Assembly: GCA_965227515.1 (NCBI GenBank)
Contig: CBDDFZ010000001.1
Location: 3,615,692-3,679,691 of the forward strand
Source of the DNA: Alphaproteobacteria bacterium
Lineage (GTDB): Bacteria > Pseudomonadota > Alphaproteobacteria > CALKHQ01
Length of the DNA: 64,000 bases
Reading direction: 5' to 3'
Made by a program: the position numbers and the translations under genes. The first letter of the stretch is position 1, and each line of letters begins with the position of its first letter. Below are positions 36,124-45,969 of the stretch, in pieces. Under the pieces are notes generated by a model that saw only the letters and a list, made by a program, of their open reading frames with translations, was not told the DNA's origin and did not search any database.

Positions 36124-38199
36124 TCAACTGGTGCGGTTGATCAGCAGATGGCCGTGGTCCAGCACGGTGGCAGCATACCCGTCAGGCACGATTGTCGTCG
36201 AATCATGCTGGATCACGATGGCGGGTCCCGCCACCTGGTTGCCGGGCCGCAGCTTGGTGCGGTCATAGCGCGGCGTGACGGTGGCGGTGCCGTCATCGAA
36301 AACCGTTTCGCGCTCATACATGCGCGCGGCCTCCACCTCGCCGCCGACAGCCTTGTCCAGCGTCGGCAGCTTCATCGGGTCGGTCGGCGCACCGCCGATG
36401 ACCCGAATGGTGATCAGCTCCACCTTGCCGTCGTCGAAGGCATAGCCGTAGTCCAGCCGGTGCTGGCGATGGAAGTCGGCGATGATGGCGTCGATGGCCG
36501 CCCGGTCGATGGGACCGTCCGGCATCGCGGCGCGCAGCTCGAACCCCTGGCCGTGATAGCGGCACTCGGCCACCCGGCGCACGTGCTGGTTGTCGCCGGT
36601 CACGCCGTCGGCGCTCAGTTCCTCGCGGCAATCCTGCTCCAGCCGGGCGACCATGGCATTGATCGCCTTCAGCGCCGCGTCGTCGATGTCGTTCAACGTC
36701 GTGATGACCGAGCCGGTGTGCTCGTACTGGATCTCGGTGACCAGCAGGCCCATGGCGGCGGTGATGCCTGGCGCGACCGGCACCACCACATCCTTGGCCG
36801 CGATCGCCTCGGCCAGCGCCACGCCATGCAGCGGGCCGGCGCCACCGAACGGCATCAGCGTGAACTCGCGCGGGTCGACGCCCTTTGCGACCGAGTTGGA
36901 CCGGATCGCCAGCGACATATTGGAGTTGATGACCTTGATGATGCCCAGTGCGGCATCGGTGATCGACATGCCGAGCGGCTTGGCGATCTTGGCCTCGATG
37001 GCCTTCGACGCCAGATCGGGGTCGATGGGCAGGTCGCCGCCGAGCACCGCGTCGGGGTCCAGCCGCCCCAGCGCCACCTGGGCATCGGTGACCGTTGGCT
37101 CCTCGCCGCCCCTGCCGTAGCAGGCCGGTCCCGGCTCGGCACCGGCCGACCGCGGGCCGACATGGAAGCCGCCGGCCTCGTCCAGATAGGCGATGGAGCC
37201 GCCGCCGGCACCGATGGTGACCAGGTCGATCATCGGCACCAGCACCGGGTGGCCGTTGACGTAGGTGTCGCGCGGGTTCTTGATCTTCACCTGCCCGTTG
37301 GGGATGGTGCTGATGTCGGCCGACGTGCCGCCGATATCCACCGTGATCAGGTTCTGCCGCCCGGTCAGCGCGCCCTCCGCGCGCGCACCGATCACACCGC
37401 CGGCCGGCCCCGACATCAGGATGTTGACCGCCCGTTGCGAGCAATTCTGCACCGTGGCTAGGCCGCCGTTGGACTGGATCACCCGCAGCCGGGCATTGAC
37501 GTCGTTCTCGTGCAGCCGGCCCTCCAGCCGCCGCAGGTAGTGGGTCGTCTTCGGCCCGACGAAAGCGTTCATCGCCGTGGTGCTGAACCGCTCGTACTCG
37601 CGCAGCACGTTGGCGACCTCGCTGGAGCACCAGACGAACGCATCCGGCATGTGCTTCTCGACCAGCTCCTTCGCCCTCAGCTCGTGGCTGTTGTTCATGA
37701 ACGAGAACATGAAGCAGATGATGATGGAGCTGAGCCCGCGGCGCTTGAACACCTCGATCGCGGCCAGCACGTCCTCCTCGCTCAGCGGAGTCTCGACATG
37801 GCCGTCCGGCGGCAGGATGCGCTCGGTCACCGGAATGCGGTTGCGGCGCTTGACCAGCGGGCGGTCCTGCCACGGCACCTCGAAGTGAAGCGAGAAATTA
37901 TGCGGGCGCTTGTGGCGGCCGATGTGGAGGATGTCGCGAAAGCCGCGCGTGGTGATCATGCCCACGTCGGCGCCATTGTGCTCGATGGTGATGTTGGTCG
38001 CGACCGTCGTGCCGTGCACCACCAGGTCGAGATCGGGCAACGCCACACCGCTGCGCTCGCAAATCTCGGCGATGCCGCGCAACGTGCCTTCCGACTGATC
38101 CTGCGGGGTGCTCGGCACCTTGTGATAGTAGACGGCGCCGTTCGCCTCCAGAACCAGGTCGGTGTTGGTGCCGCCAACATCTACACCAATGCGAGCCAT
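36124..38199 (-). CDS. hyuA: hydantoinase A/oxoprolinase family protein (pair 2)
   Basis: 691 aa with IGVDVGGTNTD. Confidence 0.9.
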   Translation of the reverse strand: MARIGVDVGGTNTDLVLEANGAVYYHKVPSTPQDQSEGTLRGIAEICERSGVALPDLDLVVHGTTVATNITIEHNGADVGMITTRGFRDILHIGRHKRPHNFSLHFEVPWQDRPLVKRRNRIPVTERILPPDGHVETPLSEEDVLAAIEVFKRRGLSSIIICFMFSFMNNSHELRAKELVEKHMPDAFVWCSSEVANVLREYERFSTTAMNAFVGPKTTHYLRRLEGRLHENDVNARLRVIQSNGGLATVQNCSQRAVNILMSGPAGGVIGARAEGALTGRQNLITVDIGGTSADISTIPNGQVKIKNPRDTYVNGHPVLVPMIDLVTIGAGGGSIAYLDEAGGFHVGPRSAGAEPGPACYGRGGEEPTVTDAQVALGRLDPDAVLGGDLPIDPDLASKAIEAKIAKPLGMSITDAALGIIKVINSNMSLAIRSNSVAKGVDPREFTLMPFGGAGPLHGVALAEAIAAKDVVVPVAPGITAAMGLLVTEIQYEHTGSVITTLNDIDDAALKAINAMVARLEQDCREELSADGVTGDNQHVRRVAECRYHGQGFELRAAMPDGPIDRAAIDAIIADFHRQHRLDYGYAFDDGKVELITIRVIGGAPTDPMKLPTLDKAVGGEVEAARMYERETVFDDGTATVTPRYDRTKLRPGNQVAGPAIVIQHDSTTIVPDGYAATVLDHGHLLINRTS

Positions 38200-38420
38200 G
38201 CGTCGTGTTCCCCCAGATAGTCAAATGCCAGGCCAGATGTCCAAGCGCCCGATAGCCAGGCAGGTGTGGGCAAGGAAACCTAGCAGTGCGCCAATTCGGC
38301 CCGCAACCTGGATCGGTGCCATGCGAGCGCCGTGCCATGCGGCATATCGCGAGACGGTGGCGGCACGCGACGCAACCGGCTAGCGTGCGGCAGCACAATA
38401 GCAATCACTCCAGGACCCAC

Positions 38421-39596
38421 ATGCAGTTCCGTCACGCCGAACAGGACAGTGAAATTCGCGAGGCCGTGACGCGGCTGTGCGCTGGCTTTCCGGGCGAATA
38501 CTGGCGCGCGCTGGACCGCGAGCGCACCTACCCCACCGAGTTCGTCGCGGCGCTCACCGAGGCCGGCTATCTGGCCGCCCTGATCCCCGAGGACTATGGC
38601 GGGGCGGGCCTCGGTCTTTCGACCGCTGCCGCGATCCTGGAGGAGGTGCAGCGCTCCGGCGCCAATGCCGGCGCCTGCCATGCCCAGATGTACATCATGG
38701 GCCTGCTGCTGCGGCACGGCAGCGATGACCACAAGCAGCGCTGGCTGCCGGCGATTGCCGACGGCTCGATCCGCTTGCAGGCGTTCGGGGTGACCGAGCC
38801 GACCAGCGGCACCGACACCACAGCCATCCGCACCACCGCGCGGCGTGACAGCGATGGCTATGTCGTCAATGGCCAGAAGGTGTGGACCTCGCGCGCCGAG
38901 CACTCCGACCTGATGCTGCTGCTGGCACGCACCACGCCGCGCGACGAGGTGGCGAAGCGCACCGACGGGCTCTCGGTGTTCCTGGTCGACCTGCGCGAGG
39001 CGCGCGGCAACGGCCTGGAGATCCGCCCGCTGCGCGCGATGGTCAACCACGCCACCACCGAGATCTTCATGGACAACATGAGGATTCCGGCCGACAGCCT
39101 GGTCGGCGAGGAGGGCCGCGGCTTTCGCTACATCCTGTCCGGCATGAACGCGGAGCGGATATTGATCGCGGCGGAATGCATCGGCGACGCGCGCTTCTTC
39201 ATCGAAAAGGCGGTCGACTACGCCAACGAGCGGCAGGTGTTCGGCCGGCCGATCGGCCAGAACCAGGGCGTGCAGTTCCCCATCGCCCGCGCCTATGCCC
39301 AGACCTGCGCCGCCGCGTCCATGGTCTATCAGGCGGCCGCCCTGTTCGATGACGGCACGGATGCCACCACCCTTGGCGGAGCGGACGCCAACATGGCGAA
39401 GCTGCTGGCGGCCGATGCCTCGTGGGCGGCGGCGGATATGTGCCTGCAGACCCATGGCGGCTTCGGCTTCGCGGAGGAGTACGATATCGAGCGTAAGTTC
39501 CGCGAGACCCGGCTCTATCAGGTGGCGCCGATTTCGACCAACCTGATCCTCTCCTACCTGGCCGAGCACGTGCTGGGCCTGCCGCGCTCGTTCTGA
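38421..39596 (+). CDS. acyl-CoA dehydrogenase family protein
   Basis: 391 aa from the ATG at 38421, with ACAD-like N/M/C domains (FGVTEPTSGTD, ...QTHGGFGF). Confidence 0.85.
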   Translation: MQFRHAEQDSEIREAVTRLCAGFPGEYWRALDRERTYPTEFVAALTEAGYLAALIPEDYGGAGLGLSTAAAILEEVQRSGANAGACHAQMYIMGLLLRHGSDDHKQRWLPAIADGSIRLQAFGVTEPTSGTDTTAIRTTARRDSDGYVVNGQKVWTSRAEHSDLMLLLARTTPRDEVAKRTDGLSVFLVDLREARGNGLEIRPLRAMVNHATTEIFMDNMRIPADSLVGEEGRGFRYILSGMNAERILIAAECIGDARFFIEKAVDYANERQVFGRPIGQNQGVQFPIARAYAQTCAAASMVYQAAALFDDGTDATTLGGADANMAKLLAADASWAAADMCLQTHGGFGFAEEYDIERKFRETRLYQVAPISTNLILSYLAEHVLGLPRSF

Positions 39597-40750
39597 TGGC
39601 GGGGGAGGATACAGCGCAGCCATTGCCGCTGGCGGGACTGCTGGTCGTCACCGTCGAGCAGGCGGTTGCCGCACCGATGTGCAGCAACCGGCTGGCGGCG
39701 GCCGGCGCGCGGGTGATCAAAGTCGAGCGGCCGGAGGGCGACTTCGCCCGCGAGTACGACCACATCGTCCACGGCGAGAGCGCCTATTTCGTCTGGCTGA
39801 ACCGGGGCAAGCAGTCGGTGGTGCTGGACCTGCGCGCGGCAGACGACCTCGCCCTGCTCCGCCGCATGGTGGCGCGGGCCGACGTGCTGGTGCAGAACCT
39901 GAAGCCCGGCGCGCTCGCCCGGCTCGGCATGCCGTTGGAAGACCTGCGCCGCGCCCACCCGCGCCTGATCACCTGCTCGATCTCCGGCTATGGCGACACG
40001 GGGCCCTATGCCGCCCGCAAGGCGTATGACCTGCTGATCCAGGCTGACAGCGGGCTCGCCTCGCTGACCGGCGGACCGGAAGCGCCTGCGCGCGTCGGCG
40101 TGTCGGTCACCGACATCGCCACCGGCATGAACGCCTATGAGGCGGTGCTGGAGGCGCTGATCCGGCGCGGCACCACGGGCCGGGGTGCTGCCATCAACGT
40201 GTCGATGTTCGACGCCATGGCCGACTGGCTGACAGTGCCGCTGCTGCAGGCCGAGCACGGCAAGCCGCCGGGCCGTATCGGGCTGAGCCACCCAAGCATC
40301 GCGCCCTATGGCGTGTTCGCCGCCGCAGACGGCACGCCGGTGCTGATCTCGATCCAGAACGAGCGCGAGTGGCGCAAGCTCTGCGCCGACGTGCTCGACC
40401 GGCCGGAGATGGCGGGCGATCCCCGCTACGACAACTCGACCGCGCGGGTCGCCAACCGCGTGGCACTCGATGCCGACGTGCAGCAGGCATTCGGCGTCCA
40501 TGACAGCAAGGCCTTGACCGCGCGGCTGGCCGCCGCCGACATCGCGTTCGCCACCGTCAACGACATGGCCGGCCTGTCGGCGCACCCGCACCTGCGGCGC
40601 ATCACGGTCGACACCCCGACCGGGCCGGTGGCGATGCCGGCCCCGCCTGGCATGATCGACGGCATCGAACCCGCGCCCGGCCCGGTGCCCGAACTGGGCG
40701 CGCACACCGAGCAAATTCGCCAAGAGTTCGCGGAGACAAACGATGACTGA
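39596..40750 (+). CDS. family III (CaiB/BaiF) CoA-transferase
   Basis: 384 aa with the pattern LAGLLVVTVEQAVAAPMCSNRLAAAGARVIKVERPEGD. The start overlaps the ACAD stop by 1 nt. Confidence 0.85.
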   Translation: MAGEDTAQPLPLAGLLVVTVEQAVAAPMCSNRLAAAGARVIKVERPEGDFAREYDHIVHGESAYFVWLNRGKQSVVLDLRAADDLALLRRMVARADVLVQNLKPGALARLGMPLEDLRRAHPRLITCSISGYGDTGPYAARKAYDLLIQADSGLASLTGGPEAPARVGVSVTDIATGMNAYEAVLEALIRRGTTGRGAAINVSMFDAMADWLTVPLLQAEHGKPPGRIGLSHPSIAPYGVFAAADGTPVLISIQNEREWRKLCADVLDRPEMAGDPRYDNSTARVANRVALDADVQQAFGVHDSKALTARLAAADIAFATVNDMAGLSAHPHLRRITVDTPTGPVAMPAPPGMIDGIEPAPGPVPELGAHTEQIRQEFAETNDD

Positions 40751-42107
40751 CGAAACCGCGACTGTTGCCGCATTCGCAGCACGGTTCAGGCAGGAGCACG
40801 CGCCTGAAGAGGTGCGCCGCCGGGTACGCCTGCTGCTGCTCGATGCGCTGGGGAGCGCGATCCGCGCGGGCAAGGAGGCGGAGAGCACGCCGTCGATCGC
40901 CGCCGCCGCCAAGACCGCGTTCGGATCGGGCGACGCGCGAGTTATCGCGGACACGCAAGGCTACGCGCCCGCCGCGGCGGCGGTGATCAACGGGGCGCTG
41001 ATCCACAGCCTGGACTTCGACGACACCCACGGCCGCTCGTCGCTGCACTGTGGGGCGGCGGTCATCCCCGCCGCCCTGGCTGCCGCCGAGTTGTCGCCGG
41101 TCGCCATGGACACGTTGCTAACGGCCATCGCCGTCGGGTTCGAGGTGCAGATCAGGCTCGGCCTTGCGGCCGACCCGCGCGCCCACTACGCGCGTGGGTT
41201 CCATCCGACGGCGACCTGCGGTGTGTTCGGCGCGGCGGCGGCCGCCGGCATTATCCTCGGTCTCGATGGCGGCCAACTGGAGTCGGCGTTCGGGGCCGCC
41301 CTCAGCCAGTCCGCCGGCTCGCTGCAGTTCCTGGAGAACGGTGCCTGGACCAAGCGCTTCCAGGTCGGCTGGGCATCGGGCAGCGGCCTGGTCGCCGCGT
41401 TGTTGGCGCGCGAGGGCTTCCAGGGGCCGTCCGCGGCCCTGGAAGGCAGGTTCGGCTTCCTCAATGCCTACTCACCCTCGCCCGACCCGGCGAAAGCCAC
41501 CGGCGATCTCGGCCAGCGCTGGGAGACGCTGGAGATCGCGGTCAAGCCCTACCCATGCTGCCGCTACATCCACCCGGCGCTGGATGCGTTGCAGGCGCTG
41601 AGTGCCGCGCACGGCGCGGACCGGCTGCGCGGGGCGTCATCGTTCGAAATCGGGCTGCCGGAGCCAGCGATGCGGCTGATCGCCGAACCGGCGGAGGCCA
41701 AGCGCCGTCCGTCATCGGTGGTCGATGGCCAGTTCTCGATGCCGTTCTGCGGCGCCGTACTACTGGCCCAGGGCGCGTTCGGTTGGGACGACTACGGGCG
41801 CTACCTTGGCGACAGCGCGATCAACGACCTGGCAGCCCGCTTCACATGCGCGGTCGATCCGGACATCGACAGCCTGCCGCAGAACTTCGCCGCCCGCGTC
41901 ACCGTGCGCAATGGCGGCGAAGCCTGGACGGAAACCGTCGAGGTGGCGAAGGGCGAGCCGGCGAACTTCCTGACCGACGACGAGTTCAAACGGAAATTCG
42001 CCACCCTGGCCGATCCGGTCATCGGGGCCGATGCGGCCGCCAATGTCGTCGCGGCGGTGCTCGATGCGCCCGGCTCATCGCCGCTGTCTTTGTCAGAAGC
42101 GATGTGA
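40743..42107 (+). CDS. MmgE/PrpD family protein
   Basis: 454 aa with LDFDDTH..LHCGAAVIPAALA typical of the family. 8-nt overlap with the CoA-transferase gene. Confidence 0.85.
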   Translation: MTDETATVAAFAARFRQEHAPEEVRRRVRLLLLDALGSAIRAGKEAESTPSIAAAAKTAFGSGDARVIADTQGYAPAAAAVINGALIHSLDFDDTHGRSSLHCGAAVIPAALAAAELSPVAMDTLLTAIAVGFEVQIRLGLAADPRAHYARGFHPTATCGVFGAAAAAGIILGLDGGQLESAFGAALSQSAGSLQFLENGAWTKRFQVGWASGSGLVAALLAREGFQGPSAALEGRFGFLNAYSPSPDPAKATGDLGQRWETLEIAVKPYPCCRYIHPALDALQALSAAHGADRLRGASSFEIGLPEPAMRLIAEPAEAKRRPSSVVDGQFSMPFCGAVLLAQGAFGWDDYGRYLGDSAINDLAARFTCAVDPDIDSLPQNFAARVTVRNGGEAWTETVEVAKGEPANFLTDDEFKRKFATLADPVIGADAAANVVAAVLDAPGSSPLSLSEAM

Positions 42108-42115
42108 CGCGACTT

Positions 42116-42345
42116 CCCCTCTCCCCGCGGAACGCGCGGGAGAGGGAGGGGCCCGCGAACCACAGGTTTGCGGGAGGGTGAGGGCTTGGCTTCGACGGAG
42201 GGTCGTCGCCGAATTGTGCGACAGGAATCCCATCCTCTTGCCCTCGAGACCATTGAATGGCGACCGGCCGCACCATGCCCCTCACCTTCCCAGCCTGCGG
42301 CTGAGCCCCTTCCTCTCCCGCACCGCTACGCGGCGGGGAGAGGAG
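42116..42345. repeat. MITE-like inverted repeat related to 33922-34134
   Basis: Arms at 42116-42185 and 42277-42345 share the CTCTCCC..GGGAGAGGGAGGGGCCC...GGGAGGGTGAGGGC architecture in inverted orientation. Confidence 0.6.
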
Positions 42346-42366
42346 ATAGGACGGCCTAGAATCACC

Positions 42367-43380
42367 TCACGTCGAAATCATCTTCTTCTCGATGCCGACG
42401 CCGGCGGCGACCGCGCGCTCGTACTCCAGCGGGATGGTCGCGGAGTCCTGCAGCGCGATACCGGTGCTGTCGAACACCGTGATCTCGTCGGCGGAGGTGC
42501 GGCCGGGCATCTTGCCCGCGACGACCTGACCGATCTCACCGGCGATGTCCGACTCCTTGATCAGGCCCTGTTGCAGCGGCACGTTGATTTCGCCGTCAGT
42601 GCGGCACTGGCGGATGTCGTCGACGAAGATGCGGGCGCGCTGCAGGATGGCTGGCTCCAGTTCCTGATCGCCGTCCTTGTCCGCCCCGACCGCGGCGATG
42701 TGGGTGCCGGGCGCGATCCACTCGTCCTTCACGATGGGACCCCGCGCAGGCGTCAGCGTCACCACCACATCGGCGCCAACGACCACGGACTCGAGGTCGG
42801 TCGAGGTCTTGATGGGCAGGTTCTCGTACTTCGGCTGCTGGGTCTCGGCGAAGTGGTCCAGAGTCTTCTGGCTGCGGCTCCACACCCGCACCTCGTCCCA
42901 GTCGAACACGGCGTTGCAGGTCGCCAGCGCGCCCTCGGCCATGTGGCCGGCGCCGACGATGGCGAGCGTCTTGCTGTCGGGCCGGGCCAGCCACTTCGCC
43001 GAAACCGCCGCCGACGAGCCGGTGCGCATCACCGTGTGGTGGCTGCCGTCGACGATGGCGAGCGGAAAGCCGGTCTCCGGGTGGGTGTAGATCAGGATCG
43101 AGAACACGGTCGGCAGGCCGAAGCGGTCGCGGTTCTGTTCGCGGATCGACACCCACTTGCAGGCGGCGGCCTCCGGCTCCTCGATGTAGGACGGCATCGC
43201 CTCCCACTCGCCGGGGTACTTGTCGAGCACGATGTGGCCCTTCGGCTCCATGAAGAACCGGCCCTCGCCATGCATGCGATAGGCCTGCTCGACGCACCCG
43301 TTGTACTCGGCGGGGCTGAGCAGCCCCATCATGTCAGTGCGGCTGAGGATCAGTGTCTTGCGATTCGACCAGTTTTCCAT
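42367..43380 (-). CDS. ornithine cyclodeaminase/mu-crystallin family protein
   Basis: 337 aa with Rossmann LAIVGAGHMA and the N-terminal LILSRTDMMGLL pattern typical of the family. Confidence 0.85.
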   Translation of the reverse strand: MENWSNRKTLILSRTDMMGLLSPAEYNGCVEQAYRMHGEGRFFMEPKGHIVLDKYPGEWEAMPSYIEEPEAAACKWVSIREQNRDRFGLPTVFSILIYTHPETGFPLAIVDGSHHTVMRTGSSAAVSAKWLARPDSKTLAIVGAGHMAEGALATCNAVFDWDEVRVWSRSQKTLDHFAETQQPKYENLPIKTSTDLESVVVGADVVVTLTPARGPIVKDEWIAPGTHIAAVGADKDGDQELEPAILQRARIFVDDIRQCRTDGEINVPLQQGLIKESDIAGEIGQVVAGKMPGRTSADEITVFDSTGIALQDSATIPLEYERAVAAGVGIEKKMIST

Positions 43381-44159
43381 CCAATTTCCCTCTCGGGTCG
43401 CTGCGGACTTTCACCCGGCCCGGGTTCGGGCGTGCCGAAGCGTTCGAACATGCCGGTGAAGGGCTTGGCCTCGGGCGGGCGATAGGTGAAGTGCCGGCTG
43501 GTGGTCTTGCCGAGCTCAACCAGCCCCTCGGCCATCTTCACCGCGCAGACCACGCCGTCGAGCACCGGGATGCCAAGCTCGCGTTCCAGGTCGGCGGCGA
43601 ACGACGCGAAACCGGCGCAGCCGAGCAGGATGGCCTCCGCCGTGTCCTCTTCCATCGCGCGCCGGGCCTCGTCACGCAGCGCCTGCATCGCGCCGGTCGG
43701 ATCGCGCTCGATGTCGAGCACATAGTACGGCGTGGTCCGCACCGAGACGCATTTGAGGCTGAAGCCGTAACCGGCCACCATCTCCTCGATCATGGTGCGG
43801 ATGCGCGGGATGACGGTGACCACCGAGAAGCGTGCCGCCAGCATGGCGGCGGTGTAAAGCGACGTCTCGCCGATGCCGAGCACGGGCTTGGCCGTTGCCT
43901 CTCGCGCGCCCTGCAGGCCGGGATCGCCGTAGCAGGCGATGACGAAGGCGTCGCAGCCGTCGCGGTCGCCCTTCATCACCTCGTCGATGGTGCCGGGGGC
44001 GGCCATGTACTCGTCATAGTAGGACTCGATGCTCGCCGGCCCGAACTCCGGGTTGGTGGCGACGATCTCGGTGCCCTGGCGCGCCACCATGCGGCCAGCC
44101 TCGCCGATGGAGCGGGTCATCTCCGCCGACGTGTTCGGGTTGATGATCTTGATCTTCAT
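43350..44159 (-). CDS. Asp/Glu/hydantoin racemase family protein
   Basis: 269 aa with two catalytic-Cys contexts (FVIACYGDPGL and ILLGCAGFA). ATGA overlap with the upstream hyuB stop and a 31-nt overlap with the downstream gene. Confidence 0.85.
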   Translation of the reverse strand: MKIKIINPNTSAEMTRSIGEAGRMVARQGTEIVATNPEFGPASIESYYDEYMAAPGTIDEVMKGDRDGCDAFVIACYGDPGLQGAREATAKPVLGIGETSLYTAAMLAARFSVVTVIPRIRTMIEEMVAGYGFSLKCVSVRTTPYYVLDIERDPTGAMQALRDEARRAMEEDTAEAILLGCAGFASFAADLERELGIPVLDGVVCAVKMAEGLVELGKTTSRHFTYRPPEAKPFTGMFERFGTPEPGPGESPQRPEREIGWKTGRIARH

Positions 44160-45964
44160 GATGCTCCTCCCGCCGCTCCGGCGCGCAGCGCCTCGGTTGC
44201 GGCCATGTCCAGCTCAAGGGCCTCATTGCAGACGACGCCGTAGTCCCGCCGCGCCTCGTCCACGTCAAGATAGCCGTCGCGCACGTCTTCCAGCACCTGG
44301 GCCGGGTCGCGCTGCATCGGGTCGCCGTAGCCGCCGCCGCACGGCCCGACCATCACGATCTTGTCGCCGGCGGCCATCGCCTTGTTCGGCAGCTTCGACG
44401 GCAACTCGGTATCGGCGCCTGCCTGGGCGCGCACGCCCAACGCCGAGGTACGCCCATCGCCGCCGCCGTCCATGCCCCAGGGGGCGTAGACGTGGCCCTC
44501 GCCTTCCACCGACACGCCGCCGTCCTCCAGGAACTCGAACTCGCGTATCGAGCCGATGCCGCCCCGCCACTGGCCGGGCGGGCAGGCATTGTCCCGCAGT
44601 TCGTATCGGTTCACCCGCAGCGGCAGGTGGGATTCGATATCCTCGATCGGGTTGTTGCGGGTGTTGGCATAGAGGGTGTCTACGGCGTCCATGCCGTCCT
44701 TGCCGTGCCGCCCGCCGTAGCAGCCCTCGTGGATCTCCATGTGCACCCAGTGCTCGGCATCGCGGATGCCGGAGAACGCCACCACGTGGAGGTTGCCGAC
44801 ACCGGCCGACACCTGTTTCGGCACCACCTGCCCCAGCGCCTTCATTAGCGTGTCGGCAGCCTGGTTGCCGGCGCAGAAGCGGGCGATGGTCGGCGCCGGG
44901 AACGAGGGGTTCACCAGGCTCTTTTCCGGTGCGGTGATGTGGATCGGCCGGGTCAGGCCCGAGTTCTGCGGGATGTGGCCGTGGGTCACGGTGTCGAGCA
45001 GGATCGAGCGCACGGTCAGCCAGACCGCGCAGTCGGTGGTGCCCTTCAGCGGCATGTTGATCGGCCGGTCGTCCACCTGCGGCGCGGTACCGGTGAAATC
45101 CACCGTCAGGTCGCTGCCGTCCACGATGGCGGTCACCTGGATCGGCAGGTCGCGGCGCTTCGGGTCGTCGCTGTCCTCGTAGCCATCGATGAAGGTGCGC
45201 GCGGTGTAGCGGCCGTCCGGCAGGGCCTGGATGGCGTCGCGCATCAGGCGCTCCGAATAGTCCATCAGGTTCTCGTACGCCGCTTCCACCGTCTCGATGC
45301 CGTACTGGTCGATCAGGCTGACGAAGCGGGCGGCACCGATGCGGGCGGCGGCGATCTGCGCTTCCATGTCGCCGAGCACGAGGTCGGAGGCGCGGATGTT
45401 GTCGCGCAACATCTGCCAAAGTGCGGCGTTGCGCTTGCCGCCCTCATAGAGCTTCAGTGCCTTCATCTGCAGGCCCTCGGCATAGGCGTCCATGGCATCG
45501 ACGATGCCGCAACTGCCGGGGCTGAGCGCGCCGATATCCAGATGATGGGCGGTGGTGACCGAGAAGCCGACCAGCCTGTCCTTGTCGATGAACACGGGCA
45601 CCAGGAAGGCCACGTCCGGCCCGTGGGAAGCGCCGTGATAGGCCGAGTTGTGGATGACGATATCGCCCGGTGTCAGCGTGTTGCCGCGCTCGGCGAACAG
45701 GCCGAGCACGCCCTCGACATAGCCGGGGATCGGCCCGGACTGCAGCGGCGTCGACTGCGGTGTCTCGCAGAGCTGGCGGCCCCGGGCGTCGGTCAGCGCG
45801 GCGCCGAAATCCTCCGACTCCCGGATGATCGAGGAATAGGACATGCGCATCAGCTTGTGCCCCATCTCGACCGCGATGTTCTCCAGCGCGCCCTGGATGA
45901 CGCTGGCGGTCACCGGATCGATGCGATTGCGCAACTGCGTGTCGGTCAATGCATCCGCTGACAT
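44156..45964 (-). CDS. hyuB: hydantoinase B/oxoprolinase family protein (pair 3)
   Basis: 602 aa with DPVTASVIQGALENIAVEMG..SSIIRESED. Confidence 0.9.
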   Translation of the reverse strand: MSADALTDTQLRNRIDPVTASVIQGALENIAVEMGHKLMRMSYSSIIRESEDFGAALTDARGRQLCETPQSTPLQSGPIPGYVEGVLGLFAERGNTLTPGDIVIHNSAYHGASHGPDVAFLVPVFIDKDRLVGFSVTTAHHLDIGALSPGSCGIVDAMDAYAEGLQMKALKLYEGGKRNAALWQMLRDNIRASDLVLGDMEAQIAAARIGAARFVSLIDQYGIETVEAAYENLMDYSERLMRDAIQALPDGRYTARTFIDGYEDSDDPKRRDLPIQVTAIVDGSDLTVDFTGTAPQVDDRPINMPLKGTTDCAVWLTVRSILLDTVTHGHIPQNSGLTRPIHITAPEKSLVNPSFPAPTIARFCAGNQAADTLMKALGQVVPKQVSAGVGNLHVVAFSGIRDAEHWVHMEIHEGCYGGRHGKDGMDAVDTLYANTRNNPIEDIESHLPLRVNRYELRDNACPPGQWRGGIGSIREFEFLEDGGVSVEGEGHVYAPWGMDGGGDGRTSALGVRAQAGADTELPSKLPNKAMAAGDKIVMVGPCGGGYGDPMQRDPAQVLEDVRDGYLDVDEARRDYGVVCNEALELDMAATEALRAGAAGGAS

Positions 45965-45969
45965 CTCAC

